From Candidatus Pacebacteria bacterium CG2_30_36_39 (lineage in GTDB: Bacteria > Patescibacteriota > Microgenomatia > UBA1400 > PJMF01): a stretch of DNA of 64,000 bases. Location of the stretch: assembly GCA_001873435.1 (NCBI GenBank), contig MNZB01000002.1, positions 1,620-65,619 of the forward strand, read 5' to 3'. The notes under the pieces are model-generated. The model had not been told where the DNA came from. It did not search any database and saw only the letters and a list, made by a program, of their open reading frames with translations. Of this stretch, positions 10,052 to 18,633 are shown piece by piece (within the stretch, counting starts at the first letter, position 1; each line of letters starts with the position of its first letter). The translations under genes were made by a program, and so were the position numbers.

Positions 10052-10534
10052 CTATTGTCCCTTTCTTGTTGTGTAACGAGATGGCAAAGACATGGTATGG
10101 GCTAGGGCGTGTTTTATTTCAGATCTAGTAATGACTCCCATCAGAGATTTTTTTTCATCTAAAACAGGCACAATATACAAATCATTTTTAAGAAAATCAG
10201 CCATCACAGTCATAATATTGTCATTAACACTGACTGTAGCAAAATTTTTACGCATGATTGTTGAAACAGGTTTGTCTTGAAGTTTTTCTACTTCTTGAGT
10301 AAAAAATCCTCGACGGTACATGGCAGCAGCCATTGAAACATTTTTCTTAAACTGGTGGGGTAGAGTAGCAGCTGCCACATCTTGAAGTGCCAATACACCC
10401 AACACTTTGTTTTTGTCATCAACTACTAAAAAACCATTAATGTGTTCATCAACAAATCTTTTAACAGCATCTTTAATGGTTGCTGTGGGAGAGATAGTTT
10501 TTGGGTTTTGATTGTATATTTCTTTAATAAACAT
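10052..10534 (-). CDS. CBS-pair domain protein
   Basis: Two CBS repeats (FLVVDDKNKVLGVL; VPVLDEKKSLMGVIT), directly upstream of the transporter. The ATG at 10534 is preferred as start. Confidence 0.85.
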   Translation of the reverse strand: MFIKEIYNQNPKTISPTATIKDAVKRFVDEHINGFLVVDDKNKVLGVLALQDVAAATLPHQFKKNVSMAAAMYRRGFFTQEVEKLQDKPVSTIMRKNFATVSVNDNIMTVMADFLKNDLYIVPVLDEKKSLMGVITRSEIKHALAHTMSLPSRYTTRKGQ

Positions 10535-10699
10535 ATTGGTCAATTTATTTAATAGTATTTTTATACTCTAAAAACTTCTTTAGAGGAACTGGCTACATTG
10601 GTAATTGAAGCATAAGAATGCTCTTTGCATTGTTAGTTTGCTTCTCTATACTACAGAAGTTTTTGTTATTCTTAAAGCAGTCACTGGATAAATAAAAAA

Positions 10700-11440
10700 A
10701 TGATTCCATCTCCAATAAAATATTACCAAAATCTAGATGTTATAAAGCCTCATTGGCATCCATTTAAAAAGGTTGTTTTTTCATTGAGATCCATGTTATC
10801 AATGTTTTTTCAGAGATTAGTGGTTTTTCAACTATTATTTTTTAATTTCTTTCCTTTCAAAGTAAAAATTCATAATAAAAAAATATTGGATAAAGCAATA
10901 AAACATGGAGCAGTTTTTTTAACTGTTCATTCTGGACCATATCCTTTGATGGGTAGAATTATTCATGATTTTTACCCAAATAAGAAAATTGTAGTAACTT
11001 TTTATCATAGAAATAAAATCTCAGTATTTCCTATTTTTAAAAAGTTTTTTGAAAGATTGGGAGTAACAGTTGTTGCTCTTGGTGGGGCAATGAAAACTAT
11101 TGGCCCTATTTTGAAAAGCGGTGGTTCAATGACCCTATTATTAGATGCTCGTCTACCAGTTCCAAAACATCGTACTGAAAAAGTAAGGCTTTTTGATAAA
11201 GAAAGAAATCTTTCCACAGGGCCATATTATTTATCTACAAATCATAATTTAAATGTAGTTCCAATTTATGTTAAAAGGCAGGGAATGACTTTGCATGTTT
11301 ATGCTTTAACAGAAATTCCTCATCAAAAAATCAGTAAAAAAACTTTTATGAAAAAAGTAGCTAAATCACTAGAGTTAATGATTGAGGATACTTTGAAATC
11401 TTGGCAAACTTACGACACATTTCTATTGGGTGAGCCATAA
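10700..11440 (+). CDS. Lysophospholipid/lipid A (LpxL-like) acyltransferase family protein, divergent
   Basis: GAVFLTVHSG, LLLD and VRLF...STGPYYL...VVPIY match the layout of the bacterial lipid A acyltransferase fold. Confidence 0.65.
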   Translation: MIPSPIKYYQNLDVIKPHWHPFKKVVFSLRSMLSMFFQRLVVFQLLFFNFFPFKVKIHNKKILDKAIKHGAVFLTVHSGPYPLMGRIIHDFYPNKKIVVTFYHRNKISVFPIFKKFFERLGVTVVALGGAMKTIGPILKSGGSMTLLLDARLPVPKHRTEKVRLFDKERNLSTGPYYLSTNHNLNVVPIYVKRQGMTLHVYALTEIPHQKISKKTFMKKVAKSLELMIEDTLKSWQTYDTFLLGEP

Positions 11441-11493
11441 ATTAAATCTCAAAGGCTGTTTTAATATTCTTTTGCCGTTATAATACTTTTTCT

Positions 11494-12549
11494 ATGGATG
11501 TATCTTTGTTTGACTACAACTTATCTCAAGATAAAATCGCTCAATTTCCTGCAGAACCACGCGATAGCTCTAAGTTATTGGTAATAAATAGAAAACAAGA
11601 AACTTTAACTCATGAAATTTTTCATGATTTATTGAGTCAACTTGGATCGAATGATGTTTTAGTTTTAAATGAAAGTAAGGTTTTTCCAGCTAGGTTACTT
11701 GGAAAAAAAGAATCTGGTTCTTTAGCTGAAATTCTTTTACTTCATCCAGTTGGACAAGAAAAATGGTTGGCGATAGGTAGGCCTAATTTAAAATCTGGCC
11801 AAACTGTGTATTTTGAAAATAATGCAACTGCTAGGGTTTTGAGTAAGAAATATGGTGGAGAAATAGAGGTTCAGCTTACTACAAGCACTAGCGATGCAGA
11901 GCTTTTGGATCAGATTGGTCATACTCCATTACCTCCATATATTCATAGTAATTTATCTGAACAACAATTAAGAGAAAAATATCAAACTGTTTATGCTCAA
12001 CAGCAGGGATCAGCAGCAGCTCCAACTGCTGGATTACATTTTACTGAGGAACTACTTACCAAACTAACTGAAAAAGGAGTGCAGATTGAAAAAGTAACTT
12101 TGCATGTTGGCTTGGGTACTTTTCAAAATTTAAGACCAGAGAATATTACAGAAAAAAAACTTCATTCTGAATGGTATGAAGTTTCAGTTGAAGCTGCCCA
12201 ACGTTTGAATGGGGCTAAAAAAGCAGGGAAGAGAATCATTGCTGTTGGTACTACTTCAGCCAGAACATTGGAAAGTGCTACTCTCAATGGAGAAATTGTG
12301 GCTGGGGCAAATACCACTCAACTATTTATTTTTCCTCCGTATAAATTTAAATTTGTTGATAGTTTAATTACTAATTTTCATTTACCAAAATCTAGTTTAC
12401 TAATGTTGGTTAGTTCATTAGTTAGCGAGCCACAAGCGCAAAAAGCCTTCACTACTTTTGCTGATTCTTTAGTAGGGAAGGCTTATGCTGAAGCTATTAC
12501 CAAGAACTATCGATTTTTTAGTTTTGGTGATGCTATGTGGATTCAATAA
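11494..12549 (+). CDS. queA: S-adenosylmethionine:tRNA ribosyltransferase-isomerase
   Basis: Motifs IAQFP, PLPPYI, YQTVYA, AAPTAGLHFT, TLHVGLGTF, ITNFHLPKS and YRFFSFGDAM. Confidence 0.97.
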   Translation: MDVSLFDYNLSQDKIAQFPAEPRDSSKLLVINRKQETLTHEIFHDLLSQLGSNDVLVLNESKVFPARLLGKKESGSLAEILLLHPVGQEKWLAIGRPNLKSGQTVYFENNATARVLSKKYGGEIEVQLTTSTSDAELLDQIGHTPLPPYIHSNLSEQQLREKYQTVYAQQQGSAAAPTAGLHFTEELLTKLTEKGVQIEKVTLHVGLGTFQNLRPENITEKKLHSEWYEVSVEAAQRLNGAKKAGKRIIAVGTTSARTLESATLNGEIVAGANTTQLFIFPPYKFKFVDSLITNFHLPKSSLLMLVSSLVSEPQAQKAFTTFADSLVGKAYAEAITKNYRFFSFGDAMWIQ

Positions 12550-12567
12550 CTTTCCAGCGGTTATTTT

Positions 12568-12981
12568 TTATTGTTTTTTTATAGTTAACTTTTTTGGTTT
12601 TGCCTGCTCAGCTTTTTTGAAAGTGACTGTTAAAATGCCATCTTTTACCTTTGCTTCAGGTTCTAGATTATGGTTTATATCTCCTGGAATTGAGATTTTG
12701 TAGGAATAGCTCCAAGAAGCTTTGCTATAGTGTTTCTTTTTATCATCTTCTACTTCATCTTCCATTTCTCCTCTAACCCAGAGGATATCTTTATCGACAG
12801 TAATATCAACATTTTCAACAGGAACACCAGCCACATTGGCTTTTACTACGATATCATTTTCAGTTTCATATACTTCTAGGCTATTTGAATATGAAGCTGG
12901 AACATTGAAGAAATCATCATCCCAAAGGTCTGGCCATCTATTGGCATTATTTCTCAAGAATGGTGAAATTGATAATGTCAT
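12568..12981 (-). CDS. Hsp20/alpha-crystallin small heat shock protein
   Basis: EVYETENDIVVKANVAGV and AKVKDGILTVTF. SD-like AAGGGA upstream. Confidence 0.9.
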   Translation of the reverse strand: MTLSISPFLRNNANRWPDLWDDDFFNVPASYSNSLEVYETENDIVVKANVAGVPVENVDITVDKDILWVRGEMEDEVEDDKKKHYSKASWSYSYKISIPGDINHNLEPEAKVKDGILTVTFKKAEQAKPKKLTIKKQ

Positions 12982-13025
12982 TTTTCCCTTTCTTTGCTCA
13001 ATTTATTGAATTATTACTCAATAAA

Positions 13026-13101
13026 TTGGCAGAACAAACTACTAATTGCTAATATCTTAACGCAAGGAAAATAATTGTCAATGATCTGTTGAGACTGCTA
13101 A
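13026..13101 (-). promoter_or_regulatory. hsp20 promoter with two degenerate CIRCE (HrcA) elements
   Basis: Minus strand TTAGCAGTC-N9-CATTGACAA (13101-13075, overlapping -35 TTGACA) and TTAGCAATT-N9-TTCTGCCAA (13052-13026), with -10 TAAGAT between them. CIRCE consensus is TTAGCACTC-N9-GAGTGCTAA. Confidence 0.7.
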
Positions 13102-13108
13102 TTCAAGC

Positions 13109-13855
13109 CTAAATTGATTTACCAGAAAGAGAGAAAAACTTGAATATTTGAAGTGAAAAATCTTGAGATTTTCCAAGTAATAATAGGATGCCAAATAAAA
13201 TTACAACGCTTCCAGCAACATAAGAAATATATTTGCTGATTTTTTGATATTTTTTTAAAGCAGGCACAATTTTTTCAAAGGCTAAAGACACTAAAATAAA
13301 TGGTGTTCCCAGACCAATACCAAAACTAGCTAAGAGCAATGAACCAACTAACGCTGTTTCTGCTTGAGCAGACCAATATAAAATTACTGCTAGCACTGGT
13401 CCAATGCATGGAGTCCAGCTAAAACCAAAACCAACCCCAGTTAAAAAAGCATGAAGATTAATATTTTTTTCAAAGAAAGTATGTAAAGGAGTTTGGCGTT
13501 CTCTGCTTAAAAAGTTTGATTTGAAAACTCCCAACAAATATAGACCTAAGGCTAAAAAGAAAATGCCACTGATTTTTTCAATTAAATCTCTGTAGCTCAA
13601 TAATGCCCAAGAAATTCTTTGTAAAACCAAGCCCATGGCTACAAAAGTAGCAACAAATCCTAGAACAAAAATGCTAGCGGTTTTTAAAATATGGTGTTTA
13701 TTTTTTTTATCTCCCAAGTTTTGAAAAGAAATTCCAGAAAGATAGCCTAAGTAGGTGGGGACTAGTGGGAGGATACAAGAAGCAAAGAAAGTAAAAAAAC
13801 CTGCCAAATAAGCGGTTATAAAACTAACATGAGTTCCATCAAAAAAGTCATTCAC
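13109..13855 (-). CDS. ccdA: CcdA/DsbD-type transmembrane thiol-disulfide transporter
   Basis: FFASCILPLVPTY and FSWTPCIGPVL with the two conserved Cys. Confidence 0.9.
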   Translation of the reverse strand: MNDFFDGTHVSFITAYLAGFFTFFASCILPLVPTYLGYLSGISFQNLGDKKNKHHILKTASIFVLGFVATFVAMGLVLQRISWALLSYRDLIEKISGIFFLALGLYLLGVFKSNFLSRERQTPLHTFFEKNINLHAFLTGVGFGFSWTPCIGPVLAVILYWSAQAETALVGSLLLASFGIGLGTPFILVSLAFEKIVPALKKYQKISKYISYVAGSVVILFGILLLLGKSQDFSLQIFKFFSLSGKSI

Positions 13856-13955
13856 AGAATTATTATACTGGTTTTAAGATTAAAAAATAGTCAAATAAAA
13901 TTATATTTGAATTTGTTTTTTTATTAATTATAAAGTTTAATTGACTGCACTAAAT

Positions 13956-14357
13956 ATGAAAAAACACACATATCTAATATTATTGTTTTTGACATCATTG
14001 TTTTTTTCAGGTTGTTCTTTGCAAAAGAAAACCAATCAAGTCGATAGCTCTCAAATAAATAACCAAGCAACTGCTCAACCTTCAATTACAGCAATCAAAC
14101 AAACTGGGATATCTGTGAATGAAATAATTAAGCACAACAACGCCAATGATTGTTGGTTGGTAATTGATGGAAATGTTTATGATGTAACAAAATATATAGA
14201 AGTAGGTATTCATCCAGGTGGAGAAGCTATTCTAGAAGGTTGTGGTTTGCTGGATTCTACTAAATTATTTACTACTCAAGGTGGAAGAGGCGAAGGCCAT
14301 TCAACCAGTGCTACTCAGATGCTTAAGACTTATTTAATCGGAGAAATTGCTAACTAA
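13956..14357 (+). CDS. Cytochrome b5-like heme-binding lipoprotein
   Basis: Lipobox LFFSGC, HNNANDCWLVIDGNVYDVT, HPGG and a second His ligand (GHS). Confidence 0.85.
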   Translation: MKKHTYLILLFLTSLFFSGCSLQKKTNQVDSSQINNQATAQPSITAIKQTGISVNEIIKHNNANDCWLVIDGNVYDVTKYIEVGIHPGGEAILEGCGLLDSTKLFTTQGGRGEGHSTSATQMLKTYLIGEIAN

Positions 14358-14980
14358 TTTCTTTTGGCAATAAATAGGGAAGACCATTCAAGTAAAGCGA
14401 TGACTAGGGTTATTAGGGCTTTAATATCTGGATTTCGCAAGACAATATGAATAAATAATAGCCAGATTATGATGTAACTTAGGTTGTGAAGTTTCTTCCA
14501 TAATTTACCCATTTTTTTGAATGACCAGTCATTAGAAGTTAAAAAAAGTGGAGTAGCAAGCGCAAAGGCAGTAACTCCAAAAATTTCAAACAAACTAAAA
14601 GATAATAAGTCTCCCCTAGTTAATAAAATTGGAAAGACTCTTGACCAACCATAGTGAGTTAAAGCGAGAAGGTAGGTTAATATTCCTAGTTCTTTGCGAA
14701 AAAGCATTAAAATAGTGCGGAGGGGTAAGAAAAAGTTTGTAACTTGAAATCTGCGCATGATGCCTGGTAATAGAGTTAGCCAAAAAACTATTAGACTTAA
14801 ATCCGCAGCTTTTCTGCCAAAATTGCTCCACCATGGTCTAATTGCTCTAATTTGATAGCTGAATAAAAAGAATACGATTAGGGTAATAAATAAAAAATAA
14901 AAACAGCGACGAATAAATAATTGGTTTTTTACGATTAATTTTTGAACTTCTGAAACCAAAAATAACAATTTGCGCAACAT
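14354..14980 (-). CDS. MsrQ/ferric reductase-like transmembrane heme protein
   Basis: RKELG...LTHY, LFLTSND...MGKLWKKLHNLSY...IH; conserved His pattern. Confidence 0.8.
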   Translation of the reverse strand: MLRKLLFLVSEVQKLIVKNQLFIRRCFYFLFITLIVFFLFSYQIRAIRPWWSNFGRKAADLSLIVFWLTLLPGIMRRFQVTNFFLPLRTILMLFRKELGILTYLLALTHYGWSRVFPILLTRGDLLSFSLFEIFGVTAFALATPLFLTSNDWSFKKMGKLWKKLHNLSYIIIWLLFIHIVLRNPDIKALITLVIALLEWSSLFIAKRN

Positions 14981-15061
14981 AATTTTATCTTATCACTATT
15001 TGGGCCTTAGTGATATTTTTTACCAATCTAAGGCCCAAATTAAATTATCAAGTAGTTTAAT

Positions 15062-16309
15062 TTATTTTTCTAAACGTTCGGCAATTCTGATTAGTTCATT
15101 ATATTTTGCAGTTCTTTCACCACGACTTGGAGCTCCAGTTTTAATTTGTCCTGCTCCAGTACCAACTACTAAGTGAGAGATGGTAACATCTTCAGTTTCA
15201 CCACTACGATGAGAAACCACATTTTTCCAGCCAGCATTTTCACTAGTTCTCATTGCCTGAAGGGTTTCTGTTAAAGAACCGATTTGATTTACTTTAACCA
15301 ATAAAGCATTACAAGCTTTTTCTGTAATTGCACGATCAATACGTTGAGTATTTGTAACCAAGAGATCATCGCCGACAATTTGGATTTGTTTGCCAACTTT
15401 ATTAGTTAAATTTGTCCACCCAGCCCAATCATCTTCAGCTAGCATATCTTCAAATGAAGCAACCGGATATTTTTTGGAAAGATCAATCACCCAATCTACC
15501 ATTTGCTCTGAAGTTAAGATGTCACCATCTTTTTTGAGTTCATAGCGTTGATTTTCTGCGTTGTAAAACTCTGTTGCAGCAGCATCAAAGCCGATCATTA
15601 CTTCATCACCCAATGAGTAGCCTGCTTTTTCAATGGCTTCAACAATCAAGTCAAGAGCTTCGGTGTTTGATTTGACTGCTGGGGCAAAACCACCCTCATT
15701 GCCGACATTAACCGAGTAACCTTTTTTCTTTAATACTTTTTGAAGGTGTTGAAAAATTTCTACTCCAGTTTTGAGTTTTTCGCCCCAGGTATTAGCAGTC
15801 ATTGGCATCACCATGTATTCTTGGATGTCTGTGGCCCAATCAGCGTGTTTACCACCATTCATGATATTCATCATGGGACGAGGGAGTACAAACTTATTAT
15901 TGCCATAAAGTTCTCCAATGTATTCATATAGAGGTCTTTTTTGAGCTAAACTACAAGCCCAAGCAAAGGCAAGTGAGACACCAAGAATGGCATTGGCACC
16001 GAGTTTTTCTTTTTTTTCAGTACCATCCAACTGAATCATAAAATTATCTAGAGAAGTTTGATCATAATCATTGCCAACTAAAGCTTGTTTTAGAGTTGTA
16101 TTTACATTTTCAACAGCTTTCATGACACCTTGTCCAAGAAATGCTGTACCACCGTCTCTAAGTTCTAATGCTTCATGAGCGCCAGTCGAAGCACCGCTGG
16201 GTACTGTTGCACGACCCAAAAAACCGCCTTCAACAGTTACATCTACTTCTACTGTCGGATTACCACGAGAATCCAAGACCTGACGACCATGTATTTGAGT
16301 AATTTTCAT
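15062..16309 (-). CDS. eno: Enolase
   Basis: DSRGNPTVEV, VPSGASTG, VGDDL, SHRSGETED and QIKTG. SD AGGAGG upstream. Confidence 0.98.
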   Translation of the reverse strand: MKITQIHGRQVLDSRGNPTVEVDVTVEGGFLGRATVPSGASTGAHEALELRDGGTAFLGQGVMKAVENVNTTLKQALVGNDYDQTSLDNFMIQLDGTEKKEKLGANAILGVSLAFAWACSLAQKRPLYEYIGELYGNNKFVLPRPMMNIMNGGKHADWATDIQEYMVMPMTANTWGEKLKTGVEIFQHLQKVLKKKGYSVNVGNEGGFAPAVKSNTEALDLIVEAIEKAGYSLGDEVMIGFDAAATEFYNAENQRYELKKDGDILTSEQMVDWVIDLSKKYPVASFEDMLAEDDWAGWTNLTNKVGKQIQIVGDDLLVTNTQRIDRAITEKACNALLVKVNQIGSLTETLQAMRTSENAGWKNVVSHRSGETEDVTISHLVVGTGAGQIKTGAPSRGERTAKYNELIRIAERLEK

Positions 16310-16392
16310 TATTTCCTCCTAATATATTAATATTCTTTTCTTGAGCAATAAAAATCATTAAACCCAGTTATAATACTCTATAGATTAATACC

Positions 16393-17157
16393 ATGCTACT
16401 TCGTTTAAATAAATATCTAGCTCAATTGGGAATTGCATCACGTCGTGGAGTGGATGATCTTATCGAACATAAAAAAGTTTTTATTAACGGCAATCTTGCT
16501 CAGTTGGGTGACAAAGTTGATGATCTCAAGGATACAGTTACTGTTGGCAAAGATGTTTATAAACCAATGAGTGACGGCGATAAACAACAGTTGGAATATT
16601 GGGCTGTTTATAAACCAGTTGGTTATGTTAGTTCAACTGCCGATCCCAGTGGTAAACCGGTAGTGACAAAGTTGGTTAAAAGTAAACAGCGTTTATATCC
16701 AGTTGGTCGTTTAGATATTGATTCTGAAGGTTTGATTATTCTTACCAATGACGGAGCATTAACTCAAAGACTTACTCATCCAAAACACCATGTTCCAAAA
16801 ACTTATCATGTCACTGTTAGAGGTCGTTATACGTATAATGCTTTGGAAAAAATTCGCGGTGGTCTTAGGATGAAAAGCCAACGCATCGCTCCTGCAGATG
16901 TAAGGGTTTTAGAAAAGACTGAAGAAGGCACTGTTTTGGAGATTGTTTTGCGCCAAGGAATGAATCGTCAAATTCGAAGAATGATGAAAGCAATTAATTT
17001 AGAGGTGGTGAAGCTGGTTAGAGTGGCAGTTGGTGGATTAGAATTGGGTGATCTTAGACCAGGCAGAGCTAAACAGCTAACCTATGAGCAAAAACAATTG
17101 CTATTTATGCCTTTGATTGCCAAAGAAGAATCAACATTGAGTCCAGCTCAGGATTAG
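16393..17157 (+). CDS. rluB: RsuA/RluB-family rRNA pseudouridine synthase with S4 domain
   Basis: RLNKYLA...SRR (S4 domain), PVGRLDIDSEGL and GMNRQIRRM. Confidence 0.85.
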   Translation: MLLRLNKYLAQLGIASRRGVDDLIEHKKVFINGNLAQLGDKVDDLKDTVTVGKDVYKPMSDGDKQQLEYWAVYKPVGYVSSTADPSGKPVVTKLVKSKQRLYPVGRLDIDSEGLIILTNDGALTQRLTHPKHHVPKTYHVTVRGRYTYNALEKIRGGLRMKSQRIAPADVRVLEKTEEGTVLEIVLRQGMNRQIRRMMKAINLEVVKLVRVAVGGLELGDLRPGRAKQLTYEQKQLLFMPLIAKEESTLSPAQD

Positions 17158-17170
17158 TTACAATAGGTTT

Positions 17171-18241
17171 ATGAAGAATTTGTTAAGTAGTTGGTTTAAG
17201 CAGTTACTCTCCAATTGGCGTTTGGTGGTTATTGTTTTATTTTTTTCAATTAGTTTAATATCTGGTGGAATATATTTTTTTAGTTATTTAAAACAACAAA
17301 AATTTAAAGATTTTCGTACTAATTTAAGTAAAACTAATATTAATTTGGATGATTTGGTGGTTGGAAAAGTTGCTAAAAATGACATTCCAAATCTTTCCCA
17401 TCCTAAATTAAAGTTTCAACAAGCTAAAGATTTAGACTTAAAACCTTTCAGTGAGGGAGTTTTAGTGGATGTTTTAGGTAGGAAAAGATTTTATCCACTT
17501 AATATTTTAACTTGGCATGAGGTTGTTAATGAATTTTTTGATGGAGTTCCTTATGTTATTACTTATAGCCCACTATGTGATTCTGCTGTGGTTTTTCAAA
17601 GTAGTATTAATGATGAAGGTTTAACTTTTAGAGCGAGCGGATTTTTGTATCAAAATAATTTAGTTTTTTATGATACTAAAACAGAAAGTCTTTGGTCTCA
17701 GGCAGCAAATAAAGCTATTGCTGGAGAAATGGTTGGAACAAAAATTAAAGTTTTACCAAATACTCAAATCATGACTTTTGCTGAAGTTAAAAAAAACTTT
17801 CCAGAAACAGAAGTTTTATCAGAAGATACTGGTTATATCTTGAATTATAGCTTCAACCCATATAGTGGTTATAATTTATCTAAAGATATATTTTATCCAG
17901 TTAATGTAGTTAATAAACGTTTTCCACAAAAAGAGATGATGTATGTAGTGCCTTTGGAAAACAAGTCATTAGCTTTTTCTGCAAAGAATTTTCCAGAGGG
18001 AAAAATCCGAGAGAGGGTTGTAGATGGAGTTACTATCAGAGCTGGTAGAATTGGCAAAGAGATCATAGTTAATAAAGATAAAGAGCGTTTGAGTGGTTAC
18101 CAGCAAATGTGGTTTTGTTGGTATGCACAACATCAGGATGATGGAATTGTTTGGGAATACGATAAAAGTTTAGATAATCTAGAAACAGATGCTATTCAAA
18201 AAGAGGCAACCAACCAAAGTGTTGTTCCGACTGAAAAATGA
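17171..18241 (+). CDS. DUF3179 family membrane-anchored protein
   Basis: YPLNILTWHEVVN, TYSPLCDS, SGFLYQNNLVFYDTKTESLWSQ and WFCWY. Confidence 0.8.
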   Translation: MKNLLSSWFKQLLSNWRLVVIVLFFSISLISGGIYFFSYLKQQKFKDFRTNLSKTNINLDDLVVGKVAKNDIPNLSHPKLKFQQAKDLDLKPFSEGVLVDVLGRKRFYPLNILTWHEVVNEFFDGVPYVITYSPLCDSAVVFQSSINDEGLTFRASGFLYQNNLVFYDTKTESLWSQAANKAIAGEMVGTKIKVLPNTQIMTFAEVKKNFPETEVLSEDTGYILNYSFNPYSGYNLSKDIFYPVNVVNKRFPQKEMMYVVPLENKSLAFSAKNFPEGKIRERVVDGVTIRAGRIGKEIIVNKDKERLSGYQQMWFCWYAQHQDDGIVWEYDKSLDNLETDAIQKEATNQSVVPTEK

Positions 18242-18633
18242 AAATCATGAATAATGAGTGGTTCACATCTGTTGTTAGGTATGGAAGTAAAGATGGTACC
18301 AAACATCTTTATCCCACTGTTAATTTGGATCCATTGGTTCTTCCAAAAAATTTAAAAAGAGGTGTTTATGCCAGCTGGGTTAGAGTTAATGGAATTACCT
18401 ATCCTGGTGCTGCATATTTTGGTCCCAGGATAATTAAAGAAGAATCTTTTGATGTTTTAGAAATTTATATTTTAGATTTTTCTGCAAAAATTTATGGTGA
18501 GAAAATAGATTTTAAATTAGAGCAATTTATAAGAGGTGTAATGGATTTTACAGATTTTTCAAAACTTAAGGAGCAGATTACAGCAGACGTATTAAATATA
18601 CAGAGAGTTCTGCATGTTCAAATTAAAGATTGA
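18238..18633 (+). CDS. Stand-alone riboflavin kinase (flavokinase domain only)
   Basis: PTVN (PTAN motif), GVYA, LEIYILDF...IYGE and FIRG..DF....LKEQI..D. No FMN adenylyltransferase domain. Confidence 0.85.
   Translation: MKIMNNEWFTSVVRYGSKDGTKHLYPTVNLDPLVLPKNLKRGVYASWVRVNGITYPGAAYFGPRIIKEESFDVLEIYILDFSAKIYGEKIDFKLEQFIRGVMDFTDFSKLKEQITADVLNIQRVLHVQIKD

Noticed and set aside
10570-10664. SRP (4.5S) RNA or 6S RNA assignment for the intergenic hairpin
   Set aside because: It lacks the CAGG...GNRA...AGCAG helix-8 motif and is too short for 6S RNA. It is kept only as an unnamed candidate.
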